Part shown: piece after piece, positions 9,101-18,148 of the stretch
How positions within the stretch are numbered: position 1 is the stretch's first letter
Layout: each line of letters begins with the position of its first letter
IMG/VR virus record: IMGVR_UViG_2862281513_000001
Coordinates: 32,001-96,000 of that record
Origin: a virus
Taxonomy: Duplodnaviria > Caudoviricetes
Length of the DNA: 64,000 bases
Direction: 5' to 3' (one strand)
Made by a program: the position numbers and the translations under genes
The notes under the pieces: model-generated
Seen by the model: the letters and a program-made list of their open reading frames with translations, nothing else
Databases searched by the model: none
What the model was told of the DNA's origin: nothing

Positions 9101-10329
9101 CGGGGCACGTCGGGATGCTCGGTGTCGGCGAGCGCCACGGTGACGGCCTGGCGGGCGTCGCCGAGGGTCGGGGCGTCGTCGGGCCGGTCTCGGCTGTCGC
9201 TGATGGTCCACACCCACGACGGCTTGTCGGTGTCGGTGTTCCAGTGGGCTGCGCCGGTGGCGTGCCCGGCGATGGGGCCGCCGAGGTCCCCGGCCGCCGT
9301 CGTGAGGGCCTGGATGAAGTCGGCGCGCTGGGCCTCGGTCCACTGGCCGGCGTCGTCACCGAGGAAGAACATCGTGCAGTGCAGCTCGTCGACGGGCTCA
9401 CCGCCCTCGATGGCCAGGCGCTCGGCGTCGGCGGGGGTGGGCATGAGGGCCACCATCGCGCCGGACAGGTGACTTCCATCAGCTGCGGCCGTGGAGTCCC
9501 TGGCATTCTCAAGTGCCGCCGTCGGGGCCACTTGAGAATCGAAGGCCGACGACCGCACCTCGGGGTGGACTCGCAGCACGCACCGGCAGTTGACGACCTG
9601 TGAGGCCGGGGCGCTGGGGTCGTGGGGGGCGTTCATCTTCGAGGAGCCCACGCTGAACTCCTCGTCCAGCAGCAGGACCGTGCCGTTGACCTCGCGGTGG
9701 TCGTGCCGGACACGCGTGTCGGCCTTGGTGACCCACTGCTTGACCAGGGGCCGGTCCTGGCCGGTGGCCGCCCTCGCTGCGCCCAGCGTGGCCGTGTTCC
9801 AGGCCCGGCCGGCTTCGGTACGCGCGATGCCTTCCTCACGGTCCGGGCCGAGCTGCGAGCCCTCCCGGGCGAACCGCTCACGCAGGCGTGCCCGCAGCTG
9901 GTCGATGGACTCGCCCGCGTCGACGCCCGCGGCGAGTTCCTCCCGGGCGGCCTCCGCGAGCCGGTCACCGACCGCGCGCATCAGGTGCTCGGTGACGGTG
10001 ACGTACTCGCTCATCGCCGGCGGCAGGTCGCGGCCGTCCTGGTACCGGCCTTCCAGGTCGTGCCACTCCTCGGGGAGTTCACTGTCGGTTGCCTCCGCGG
10101 TGTGGGCGGCGGCCTGCTCCGACACGCGCAGCAGGCGGCGCACGAGGCGCGGCACCCGCTCCGTGAACATCGCGGCGATCCGGGACACGGAGAACCGTGC
10201 GGCGACGAGCTCGGTGGCGTCGGCCAGCTCCTGGGCGAACTCGTCGGCAACCTCGCCCAGGACGGCCGACACCTCGTCGGCTACCTGCTGTTCGGCGTCT
10301 TCCAGGAGCTGGAACAGGTCGTCAGCCAT
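6160..10329 (-). CDS. Multidomain head protein: MuF-like minor capsid + 2H phosphoesterase + capsid maturation protease-like + wHTH + VIP2-like ADP-ribosyltransferase
   Basis: IARTE...KQW...D.RVRHDH...VVNCRC (MuF); LHCT and AHTC (2H); TGDGRIF...GISVDLD...LRGATLVSMPAF (protease-like); FRG / FTSMS / EAE (ART R-S-E). Confidence 0.85.
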   Translation of the reverse strand: MADDLFQLLEDAEQQVADEVSAVLGEVADEFAQELADATELVAARFSVSRIAAMFTERVPRLVRRLLRVSEQAAAHTAEATDSELPEEWHDLEGRYQDGRDLPPAMSEYVTVTEHLMRAVGDRLAEAAREELAAGVDAGESIDQLRARLRERFAREGSQLGPDREEGIARTEAGRAWNTATLGAARAATGQDRPLVKQWVTKADTRVRHDHREVNGTVLLLDEEFSVGSSKMNAPHDPSAPASQVVNCRCVLRVHPEVRSSAFDSQVAPTAALENARDSTAAADGSHLSGAMVALMPTPADAERLAIEGGEPVDELHCTMFFLGDDAGQWTEAQRADFIQALTTAAGDLGGPIAGHATGAAHWNTDTDKPSWVWTISDSRDRPDDAPTLGDARQAVTVALADTEHPDVPRQHSPWTAHTCAVYTAESGPYSELLARVGPVTFDRLRVAFGDEHTDIPLGPQQEEEPMPDAKAAATAAPDFVPLTVRTWSTPDPWAIAYEDEETGDGRIFTKGALKWDRQPQPLQHADEMLMGHQGARLAGAIKKVKRDGKRITASGALYLNQPAGLDAVQLLEEEAPLGISVDLDNVSIQLVDKTLSPEDAEWLFASATLAQASVMSMEDGSVMLSASTRAEWTAAGEAFSRSRYDVQLITGPGGVLTAAAIAQAFNGTGALTAAAGDADDPESGLVIHEQKAGEFLLRITDARLRGATLVSMPAFKDAKIVLDPLDETAAAPVPDITAAGETRDRVVRYVCTSPAAVGAREVSNALGMAMSTARGHLNGAAKDGRIVRLAPGLFCGPSTLPEGEKTASGEERIAEDEFHGTPGRPSYRKYHPSGRNARESRRTQHAGGGWAGSNLFSEEQHLDAMLDYQGRAYRDMNALLRRDAEPQRASLDETRHRISALSDLISIQDPLSEDRSMFRGTRQLRLGLKPGDEFHDKGFTSMSDDEDVARGMTGVGGSLFRIKAPKGTQALDVTALGGEKSEAEWITAPGTQFRVTAANEPEDPLETAVYDVEIINGRMASGALAGLALALTAASSGSGFEDRISDWEPDTLVIDRRASAAGVEDELEASAWTAMQQMPPMPAAWFAEPTEEELPDGAGGVHLKDGRAYGWVATIDEPHAGYPGKNLTVRKLAAEGFDFSHFLRAKFQLDDGSFARVGAMTMNVGHHRDGAECETAACQFDDSRTVGAIVTVGLNERGLWFSGAAAPWLSEWDRAVFAACQPSYHLRQARDGSWQLRAVLTVPVPGHSTPLLAALHAVAERSNLALAASAAGLLPLTDEASEPSPDTRPDEHPDDIRTAFASSTDISVDLPGQRPDGASGRHPDAGAPVVQVDVEALAAALASGPLVDLLTDAVTRRQEERRTEIEEMAALVAQHPAAETVAVTNGVI

Positions 10330-10579
10330 CGGTGCCCTCCTGTGTCGCACCGGCGAGGGTCACGGAGTTGTCGGCGGCACGGAGGAAGCCCCACATCCCG
10401 AGCGGGATCGTCCCGTACCCCGTGTCGGCGGTGAGGGTGACGTAGACGCTGGCCTCCTCGCCGTCGGGGAGCTGGTCGAAGTGGGTGACCGCCACCGCGG
10501 CGGCGTCCTGGATGAGGCCGACGATGGCGGCCGCGTGCTCGGGTGAGGCGTCGTCCGTCAGGAAGGCCGGCTCAGCCAT
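10322..10579 (-). CDS. Hypothetical protein
   Basis: 85 aa, overlapping start/stop with both neighbours. Confidence 0.7.
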   Translation of the reverse strand: MAEPAFLTDDASPEHAAAIVGLIQDAAAVAVTHFDQLPDGEEASVYVTLTADTGYGTIPLGMWGFLRAADNSVTLAGATQEGTDG

Positions 10580-10814
10580 CGGCGCTCACCTTCTCGGCCT
10601 CCCGGCTGGGGACGGTCACACGGTCGGGCGTCGGCGTCTCGTCGATGGCCTGGTTGTCGCGCTGCCGCCAGGCGAGGAGTTCCTCCCAGACCTCCCGGCC
10701 TGGGCAGCGGGAGCACCAGCCGAACGCCCGGTGCCCTGCGCGGGAGTGGCCGGGCGGGGCGACGTGCAGCTTTGGCTGCTCCACCACCGTCAGCTCGTCA
10801 GTTCCGTCGCTCAC
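10572..10814 (-). CDS. Small His/Cys-motif protein
   Basis: GTG start overlapping the upstream stop; PPGHS..HR.FGWCSRC motif shared with 10998-11372. Confidence 0.65.
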   Translation of the reverse strand: MSDGTDELTVVEQPKLHVAPPGHSRAGHRAFGWCSRCPGREVWEELLAWRQRDNQAIDETPTPDRVTVPSREAEKVSADG

Positions 10815-11005
10815 TGCTGGTCTCCCTGGGGGGTGTTGGGGCAGGGTTCGAGGCGGGTGAGGTAGAGCGTCGTGGGCCCGCTCGTCGCGATCGGCCCGTC
10901 GGGGCCGTTCAGGGTGAAGCCGAGGACGTCGAGGGGGCGGGCTTCGAGGACCTGGAGGCCCCCGCAGGCCGCGCACAGGGAGAGGTCGCGACGGCACTCA
11001 GCCAC
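10811..11005 (-). CDS. Small CxxC protein
   Basis: GTG start, coupled to neighbours, CAAC motif. Confidence 0.55.
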   Translation of the reverse strand: MAECRRDLSLCAACGGLQVLEARPLDVLGFTLNGPDGPIATSGPTTLYLTRLEPCPNTPQGDQQ

Positions 11006-11372
11006 TGGTGACCTCCTGGGCCGTCTCGCAGCCGAAGCAGAACGCGAACCGGCCGACCTCATGCACGCCCTGAGGGGTGGTCACGGTGAAACCGGCGTCG
11101 AGGACGGTGTCGCTGCGCCCGCAGCTGGGGCAGTCGACGGTTCGTGAGTTGACGTCGGCGATGAGAGGGCCGCCACCCTCGTCGTCCTCGTCGTCGCCGT
11201 CCGGCGTGGCCGTCGAGGCGTGCTGGGCGGCTTCGTAGCGGGCCTCCTCGTGGACCTGCCAGGCGGCCAGCTCCTCGGCGACGGTCCGGCCGTGGCAGAG
11301 GGAGCAGAAGCCGTGCACGCGGTGCGAGGGGTTCGAATGGCCGAGGGGGGCCGCCCGCATGAGGTCACCCAC
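10998..11372 (-). CDS. His/Cys domain + zinc-ribbon protein
   Basis: GHS..HRVHGFCSLC plus CPSC...CFGC. Confidence 0.7.
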   Translation of the reverse strand: MGDLMRAAPLGHSNPSHRVHGFCSLCHGRTVAEELAAWQVHEEARYEAAQHASTATPDGDDEDDEGGGPLIADVNSRTVDCPSCGRSDTVLDAGFTVTTPQGVHEVGRFAFCFGCETAQEVTSG

Positions 11373-11553
11373 GGTCGTCCTCCTCGTCGTTGCAGATCTC
11401 GCACGCCGTCCAGGTGCCGACGACGGACACGCCGCCCGGGGTGAGCATGAGGATGTCGCCGGTGGTGCGCGTCCACGCCTTGCACGTCTTGCACCAGTCC
11501 TCGCGGGCCGGGCCCGGGGTGACGATCACGGTCAGGGGCGCCGGGGAGGCCAT
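11365..11553 (-). CDS. Small zinc-ribbon protein
   Basis: MASPAPL...CKTC...CEIC, start overlaps the portal stop. Confidence 0.65.
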   Translation of the reverse strand: MASPAPLTVIVTPGPAREDWCKTCKAWTRTTGDILMLTPGGVSVVGTWTACEICNDEEDDRG

Positions 11554-13313
11554 CACGCGGCCACTTCCAGCGAGGCGCAGGAGCCGATGACGGCGGGGAC
11601 GACCGCGTACGAGTGGCAGATCCCGGCTGCGATCAGCTCGCGGGCGTAGGAGTCGAGCGAGGCGGTCAGGCAGTCCGAGCTGAGCCCGTACCGCTTGGCG
11701 ATCTCCGGGACCCGGTTCCAGGCCCCTTCCAGCAGCCGGTACTGCTCGACCTGGCCGGGCTCGACCTTCAGCTCGGTGTGCAGGGCCGCCGCTTCGATCT
11801 CCCGTGCTCGGGCGCGTTCGCTGCGCGGGCAGATCGGGGTGCGGAGCAGCTTGTCGCCAGCCGAGGACAGGGCGGCCCAGATCAGGCCGTCGGCGGCTGC
11901 GACGAGGCCCTCGCCGAGGGGGCGGCCGGCGGAGGCGGGCAGGGTGTCGGGCTCTTCCTGGGTCTCGTCGACCGGCAGGTCCGGCTTCGCCGGCCCCTGG
12001 TCCTGGCCGTCGCCCGGCTGCTGGTCCTGGCCGTTGTCCTGCTGCTGCTTCTTGCGGGCGGCCTCTTCCTCGGCGGTGGGGGCGTCGGACTCCTCGAAGC
12101 CGGTCTCGCGGCGCAGCGCTGCGGAGCTGATGACGCCACGGTCGAACGCCTGCAGCGCGGTCTCCGACCGGTTGGTGCGCACCCGCAGGTTGGCGGTGTC
12201 GTACCAGACGAGCCACCTGTGCCAGTCCTCGACCTTCTCGGCCTGGAGCAGCGGGCGCATCCACTGCTGGGTGAGGGCGTGGCAGACGGTCTGGAGCTTG
12301 GGCTCGATGCCCATGCGGATCGCCTCGGAGGTGAGCATCCAGGCGCCCCAGTGGTTCGTGTCGCCCATGCCCAGCAGCAGTTCGGCGGGGATCTCCAATC
12401 CGGTGGCGAACCGCTTGATGGCCTCCTCGCGGAGCTTCAGCGCCAGGTCGTCGAAGTTGCTCTCGAACGTGAGCAGCTTGAAGTCGGAGATGGACTCGGG
12501 GGGGACCTCCAGCACGATCGGCACCGTGGCCGCTGCGCTCTCGGGCTCGCGGATCGCCGTCTCGGCGATCATCATCAGCAGCTCGATCAGGTCGTCCTCG
12601 GCGTCGCCCTGGCCGGGCCGGGTGGGGAAGCGGACGCCCTTGGGGACGAGGAGGATGCCGCGGCCGGTCAGCCGGGACCGGGCGATGGCCTTCACCGCGG
12701 CGTTCAGCAGGAGGAGTTCCTCCAGCAGGTCGATGCTGGCGCGCACGGGGCTGTCGGCTTCGACGAAGTGCTCGGGGTCCGGCTCCCACACGCGCAGGGC
12801 GACCGGCGAGTCCGGGTCGAGGGTCTCCTCGTCGCCGGCGGGGACCTCGATGTCCTCGCCGTCGATCTCGGCGATGAGCTTGCCGGACTTCTGGGAGACC
12901 TCGCGGGTGGACAGCACCCGCCAGTCGTGGCCGTCTTCGGGGACGTCGGGGCTGAGGACTTCGCTGTTGGGGCGTACGAGGACCCAGCCCTCGCCGGCCA
13001 CGGTGAGGTGCTTGCCGAAGGCGGACAGCAGCTTGGACTGCCCGTCGGGTCCACCGGCGATCTGGGCGACGATATCGGCGGCACGGTGGTTGTTCGGGGC
13101 GGGCTCGATCGTGCCGTCGTCGGCGCGACGTCCGGCGTACAGGGTGGCGGCCGCCATGCCGTTGGCTTCGTAGGTGGCGGCGAAGCGGACCTCGGGGACC
13201 TGGTGGTACAGCTGCCAGGCTCGGGTCTGCCATCCCTGGTCGGTGGTCGCCTTGAGCGTGCGGACCTTGCGGTCGACGTAGCGGGAGGCGGCGGCCGTGA
13301 GCTGTCGGGTCAC
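11553..13313 (-). CDS. Portal protein
   Basis: WQ.RAWQLY..VPEVRF, ADSPVR, RSRL.G.GIL.VP, NHWGAW motifs; lies between terminase and MuF. Confidence 0.85.
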   Translation of the reverse strand: MTRQLTAAASRYVDRKVRTLKATTDQGWQTRAWQLYHQVPEVRFAATYEANGMAAATLYAGRRADDGTIEPAPNNHRAADIVAQIAGGPDGQSKLLSAFGKHLTVAGEGWVLVRPNSEVLSPDVPEDGHDWRVLSTREVSQKSGKLIAEIDGEDIEVPAGDEETLDPDSPVALRVWEPDPEHFVEADSPVRASIDLLEELLLLNAAVKAIARSRLTGRGILLVPKGVRFPTRPGQGDAEDDLIELLMMIAETAIREPESAAATVPIVLEVPPESISDFKLLTFESNFDDLALKLREEAIKRFATGLEIPAELLLGMGDTNHWGAWMLTSEAIRMGIEPKLQTVCHALTQQWMRPLLQAEKVEDWHRWLVWYDTANLRVRTNRSETALQAFDRGVISSAALRRETGFEESDAPTAEEEAARKKQQQDNGQDQQPGDGQDQGPAKPDLPVDETQEEPDTLPASAGRPLGEGLVAAADGLIWAALSSAGDKLLRTPICPRSERARAREIEAAALHTELKVEPGQVEQYRLLEGAWNRVPEIAKRYGLSSDCLTASLDSYARELIAAGICHSYAVVPAVIGSCASLEVAA

Positions 13314-13651
13314 TTGCCCACCTCGCCGAGGGTGTCGTCGACGCGGTTGAGGAGGACGGCCGCGCCGGCGACCGCGAACCATTCGATGCCGTGGATCAGG
13401 AGCGGGGCGTCGTCGAAGCGGCCGGTGACGAGGAGGTAGGTGGCGAGGAGGGCGCCGGAGATCCACCAGCCCATGCAGTACGGGCAGGAGATCAGCGTGA
13501 CTGCGGCGCTGCGTACGGGGCTGTGGGTCTTTCGGCTGTGCCAGTCGAAGACGACCGCTCGGGCGGGATCGAGGATCGTGTCATGAACAGCCAGCTGGGT
13601 TGCTCGATAGCCAGCGGCGGCGAGGACGAGGAGTGCCGGGATGCTGATCAT
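13310..13651 (-). CDS. DUF1360-like membrane protein
   Basis: YRAT.L...DTI..P.R and LISCPYCMGWW; three hydrophobic segments. Confidence 0.75.
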   Translation of the reverse strand: MISIPALLVLAAAGYRATQLAVHDTILDPARAVVFDWHSRKTHSPVRSAAVTLISCPYCMGWWISGALLATYLLVTGRFDDAPLLIHGIEWFAVAGAAVLLNRVDDTLGEVGK

Positions 13652-14038
13652 GTCCGCCCCTTGCTGAGGATCTTCCGGTTGCGGCGGGCACTATAGGTCA
13701 TTCCAGACACAAGGTGCTTTCGTAACTGATCGCGCTACGACCGGAATTGATCTCCTTGGGGCGTCAACGCACCATATGCCAGGTCTGCTACAGTCCGCGG
13801 CGCACGCCCTGAGCAAGCGTGCGCCGGGAGAACGGCACCGGCGGTCACGCCGCTACAGCGTCCGGACGGCGGGGGTGCGATCCCCTGGCCGCCGGTGCCA
13901 CCACTCCCGGGCTGCTTTCCCGGGCCCCCGTAACCCCGAGCACGGGGGCCCGGATGCAGGCCCGCAGATCCCCGCCGGTGGACGGCCGCCCTGACGCCCC
14001 GTCTACTGGCGGGCCCGCGACACAGGACGGTCGATGCC

Positions 14039-14230
14039 ATGGCCTGCAAGTCCCCTGACTGCGAGCGGTGCCGGCCGCACGGCATGGCCGAATGGGGCCT
14101 GGTGCTGGCCTGGCAGATGCGCGACGCAGACGACGAGGGAATCGGCGGCATGAAACGGGACTGCCCGCACGGCGGCCGCTCCCCGTTCAACTGGTGGTAC
14201 GAGGCCCGCCGCCGCCTGACGGGCCGGTAG
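14039..14230 (+). CDS. Small hypothetical Cys-containing protein
   Basis: 63-aa ORF convergent with the next gene. Confidence 0.4.
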   Translation: MACKSPDCERCRPHGMAEWGLVLAWQMRDADDEGIGGMKRDCPHGGRSPFNWWYEARRRLTGR

Positions 14231-14234
14231 CCGG

Positions 14235-14501
14235 TCAGAACATGGCCAGCGTCCCCAGCGACCCCACCGGCTCCTCACCGGCCGGCTCGTCCTCAGCCTC
14301 TACGAACTCCAGCTGCGCGCCGGGCCCCGGCAGGTCCACGATCGCCAGCGAGCCCGCACACGACACGAGGGCGTCACCGAACAGCTCGGGCCGCTCCGTC
14401 GGGTCATGCCGCCACAGCCGGCCCTTGCTGGGCCGTCCAGCCACTATCCCGGCCGCGATGGACCGCTGGCAGAACTCGCACTCAACTCGGGGCATCTTCA
14501 C
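14235..14501 (-). CDS. Hypothetical protein (CxxC...RHD...C)
   Basis: 88-aa ORF, plausible composition. Confidence 0.65.
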   Translation of the reverse strand: MKMPRVECEFCQRSIAAGIVAGRPSKGRLWRHDPTERPELFGDALVSCAGSLAIVDLPGPGAQLEFVEAEDEPAGEEPVGSLGTLAMF

Positions 14502-14587
14502 GCAAACCAGTGTGCCGATGCCCGGTCTGCCACGTACAGCAGACCGGGCATCAGGTCACCAGGCGGGCGATGCTTCTGGATGCCCTG

Positions 14588-15364
14588 TCACCTCGTGTGG
14601 GCTTCCAGCGCCTTTGCCGCCTGGCACAGCGCATTGAGGTCACGGAGGAAGTACCGCATAGCGGTAGCACTCTCCTGGTCGCGATTCGCTTTCCAGGGGC
14701 TGCGGCCGTCTCTCAGCAGCTGCCCGACGGCCTGGTGGGCGGCGACGTCCGTGGCTTTGTCGATCCAGTCGTCGGCTACCGCGGCCCTCACGTTGTCCAG
14801 CCTCGTCCAACTCCTTTCCACCTCCGTCCGCCACCGCCCCATGTGGTCAGTTTCGTTACTTTGCCTACGAAACGATGACCACCTGGTGCGAGGTTGTCCC
14901 CCAGGAGCCGGGAGCAGTTCGTCGAAGGCGGCGAGCAGGGAGAGCTCGCGGTCTTCTCGGCTCTGGTCGTCGCCGCGGACCGCGCGGATAGCGATGGACT
15001 CGTTGAGCAGAGCGCGCACCTTGCCTGACACCTCGTCCAGGGTGAGGCCGTTGAAGACTTCCAGCAGGCTCGCCACGAAGAGGGAGGCCCGCGCACGCGC
15101 CTGCTCGGTCTCTCGGTGCTCTTCCTGCTTCCTCGTCAGGTAGTCCAGTCCTACGAGCGCGAAAGGGATACCGAAGCAGACACCGGTGAAGCCGGAGAAG
15201 ATATTCAGGAAGTAGTTGTGGCGCGACCACCAAGCGATTGAGTCGAGCCACAGGCCAAGGGCAAAGAGGGCGACTCCCGTTGGAATGCCAGCGCCGATGA
15301 CGATGCGCGTCGTCAGAGGTCGACGTCTCGACCTGGCGGGTGCCTGCGTGTTGGTTTGCGGCAC
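14588..15364 (-). CDS. Two-TM membrane protein, accessory
   Basis: Two N-terminal TM helices then a helical domain; lower GC. Confidence 0.7.
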   Translation of the reverse strand: MPQTNTQAPARSRRRPLTTRIVIGAGIPTGVALFALGLWLDSIAWWSRHNYFLNIFSGFTGVCFGIPFALVGLDYLTRKQEEHRETEQARARASLFVASLLEVFNGLTLDEVSGKVRALLNESIAIRAVRGDDQSREDRELSLLAAFDELLPAPGGQPRTRWSSFRRQSNETDHMGRWRTEVERSWTRLDNVRAAVADDWIDKATDVAAHQAVGQLLRDGRSPWKANRDQESATAMRYFLRDLNALCQAAKALEAHTR

Positions 15365-15502
15365 GATCTCCCCTAACTCGTCTGCAGTAGCGGGACGTTA
15401 GCGCACAGTCCCGCAGCTGGGCGCGCCTACGCCGTTCAGACCGCGTCTCGGGCCGCTGGAACCGACGCGCGCAGTGACGTCGCACCGGTTAAAGATGATC
15501 AA

Positions 15503-16489
15503 GTGACGCTGTCTCCTCCCATCGAGCCGATGCTGGCCGAAGCGCGGCGCGAGCTGCCGTCGGGCAGGGCGCTGCCCGGGCGCCTGGTCGCCGAGCAGAA
15601 GCCGGACGGCTACCGCGCCGTGCTCTTCGCCCACACCGGCAAGGTCATGCTCCACTCACGCAACGGCGCGGACCTGACGCCCGCGTTCCCGGAGATCGCC
15701 GCCGCGGCCTCCGCGCTCGAGGAGGACCTCGTCCTCGACGGCGAGCTCGTCGTGCCGCACGAGGGACGGCTGCACTTCGGCCAGCTCCAGAACCGGGCCC
15801 GCCGCCGTGGCCGGGGCGCGGTGGCGGCCGCCGCCGAGCACCCCGCCTACCTCATCGTCTTCGACGTCCTGGAGGCCGACGGGGTCGAGCTGCTGGACCG
15901 CCCGTACCGGGAGCGCCGCGCCCGGCTTGAGGACCTCTTCGCCCGCGAGGTGCTGGGCGGGCCGTTCACCCTGTGCCCGGCGACCACGGACCGAGCAACC
16001 ATGCTCGACTGGCTCGATCCGGCGTGGGGCGCGGCCGGGATCGAGGGCGTCGTCTGCAAGGGCAGCGAGCAAAAGTACCTGCCCGGCAAGCGGGCGTGGA
16101 TCAAGGTCCGGTCGCGCGTGACGGCCGAGGGAGTGATCGGCGGCGTCACCGGCACCCTCGCGTCACCGGCTTCACTGCTGCTCGCCCGGTACGACCACGC
16201 GGGCCGGCTGCGGCTGGTCGCCCGTTCCACTCCCCTGCCGACCGCTGTACGGCGAGACCTCGCCGGACGCCTCCACCCTGCCGGACCCGATCATCCTTGG
16301 CACGGGCGGCGCTTCTCGGCCGGCTGGGGCACTCGCGGCGAGCTTCAGTACCACCCCGTCGCCCCGGACCTCGTCGCCGAGTTCCTGGCCGACACGTCAG
16401 TGGACGAGGGGATCTACCGCCATCCAGTCCGGTTCCTGCGACTGCGCGACGATCTGAGCCCCGAAGACGTGACCACCACCAGCGGATAG
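15503..16489 (+). CDS. ATP-dependent DNA ligase (LigC/LigD-ligase-like)
   Basis: EQKPDGYR, LDGELV, FDVL, EGVVCK, W.K motifs and OB domain RHPVRFLRLR. Confidence 0.92.
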   Translation: MTLSPPIEPMLAEARRELPSGRALPGRLVAEQKPDGYRAVLFAHTGKVMLHSRNGADLTPAFPEIAAAASALEEDLVLDGELVVPHEGRLHFGQLQNRARRRGRGAVAAAAEHPAYLIVFDVLEADGVELLDRPYRERRARLEDLFAREVLGGPFTLCPATTDRATMLDWLDPAWGAAGIEGVVCKGSEQKYLPGKRAWIKVRSRVTAEGVIGGVTGTLASPASLLLARYDHAGRLRLVARSTPLPTAVRRDLAGRLHPAGPDHPWHGRRFSAGWGTRGELQYHPVAPDLVAEFLADTSVDEGIYRHPVRFLRLRDDLSPEDVTTTSG

Positions 16490-16558
16490 GTCGACCACCC
16501 TTCTTGTACGCGTAGAGCAGGCCGACGCGCGCACCTGCATCTGCGGATGACAGGCGTC

Positions 16559-18148
16559 TCACTTGCCGATCCTCCGCCCGTACGAGGACGCCGGCCCTGT
16601 CGGCGACACACCCCGCCCGAGCCCGCCGCGCGGCGCCGTCGGCAGCGGGGCGTGGACGATCGCACCCTTGTTGGCCTCCGGGATCAGGCCGTACACCAGG
16701 ACACAGGAGGCGTCGATCCGGCCCGGCGAGTCGGCATCGGTGGGCTGCCACGTCGCCCACTCGTTCTCCAGGTCGGGGAACGCTCCGCGCAGCCGCACCC
16801 GGTCCTCGACCATCTGCTGCGCGATCGGCTCCGCCCTCAAGAGCTTGCCCTGCTTGGCGCTGACCGCGTCGATCATCGGCTTGAGCCGGTCCTTCGGGAT
16901 GGCGCCCTCCTCCTGGAGCGCCTTCCACGCCGTGTCGATGGCGAGCGTGCACATGTCGCGGCCGTAGTTCCACTCGACGTAGATCACGGCCGCGTTCGTC
17001 TCGTACGCCAGCAGGCACGCGGTACGGGACCACTCCGCCGACGACATGGCTTTCGTCCGGTCGTGCGTGATCCAGACCCGGTTGTCCGCGCCGAGGAAAC
17101 CGCCGATGACGCCCGCGGTGTCCCGGCCGCCACCCGACGGGTCGATCGAGACGGCGATCTTCTGCGGCTCCACCACGGTGACGCCGTCGCGGATCGTGCG
17201 CAGCAAGTCCCGGGAGACGAGCGCGCCCTCGGACGGCTGCGGATCGCCCTGCGACAGGGCGTGCCAGTCCCGCACGGTCGACGTCCGCTTGACGTCGTCC
17301 CACCAGGCGATCAGCTTGCGCCGGTTCTTCGTCGGGATCTTCGGGTGCGGCAGCGGGTCACCGTCACGCCGGCCGAGCGGGTCAGGGCCGAACTTGGTGG
17401 GGTTGGCGATGGCCGGGAGGTGGACGACCTTCCACCGGCCGCCCTCCTCCAAGCGCCCGTCCTCCTCCAGCCGACGCCCGGCGAAGTCGTCCGGATGCCA
17501 CCGGGTCTGGATGGCGACCACGGCGTTGCGGTCCGGCTGGAGCCGCTTGAGCGCAGCCGACGACCACCAGTCGTGAACCTTCTCGCGCATCTTCCGCGAC
17601 TCGGCCTCCGCACGGTCCTTGTGCGGGTCATCGACCACGAGCAGGTTGACCGAGAAGCCGGTGAGGCCTGCCCCCAGGCTGACGGAGCGGACGCCGCCGC
17701 CCTGGTTCGTGTCGTAGTCCTGCGCGGCCTCCGACCCGGGCAGCAGCGACAGCCCGTACTCGCCGCCGTACTCGCCGATGTACTGCCGGATCGTCTTGCC
17801 TCGCCGCAGCGCCAGGTCATCGGAGTACGAGGTGACCGCAACACGGTCCTCGCCGTGCAGGCACAGCCACCAGAACGGAAACCACTCAGCCGTCGTGGTC
17901 GACTTCCCCACCTGGGCCGGGGTGATGACCAGGAGCCGGTCGTAGTCACCGCGCTCCAGGCCCACCAGCGCATCGCTGATCACCTTCAGGTGCGGCCGCA
18001 TCCGGTAGCCCGGGTCCAGCCCGCGCGCGAGCGTCGCCGGGTCCCGCAGCAGATCCTTCGCAGCCGCGAGCTTGGCAGCCTGGAGCCGCCGGAACACCTC
18101 CGCGTCGTCGAGGTGGCCCAGCTCTCCGAAGGCAGGCGTGACGGTCAC
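16559..18148 (-). CDS. Terminase large subunit
   Basis: Walker A PAQVGKST, Walker B LLVVDDP, TRWH.DD, nuclease IDPSG, SPGRIDA. Confidence 0.93.
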   Translation of the reverse strand: MTVTPAFGELGHLDDAEVFRRLQAAKLAAAKDLLRDPATLARGLDPGYRMRPHLKVISDALVGLERGDYDRLLVITPAQVGKSTTTAEWFPFWWLCLHGEDRVAVTSYSDDLALRRGKTIRQYIGEYGGEYGLSLLPGSEAAQDYDTNQGGGVRSVSLGAGLTGFSVNLLVVDDPHKDRAEAESRKMREKVHDWWSSAALKRLQPDRNAVVAIQTRWHPDDFAGRRLEEDGRLEEGGRWKVVHLPAIANPTKFGPDPLGRRDGDPLPHPKIPTKNRRKLIAWWDDVKRTSTVRDWHALSQGDPQPSEGALVSRDLLRTIRDGVTVVEPQKIAVSIDPSGGGRDTAGVIGGFLGADNRVWITHDRTKAMSSAEWSRTACLLAYETNAAVIYVEWNYGRDMCTLAIDTAWKALQEEGAIPKDRLKPMIDAVSAKQGKLLRAEPIAQQMVEDRVRLRGAFPDLENEWATWQPTDADSPGRIDASCVLVYGLIPEANKGAIVHAPLPTAPRGGLGRGVSPTGPASSYGRRIGK

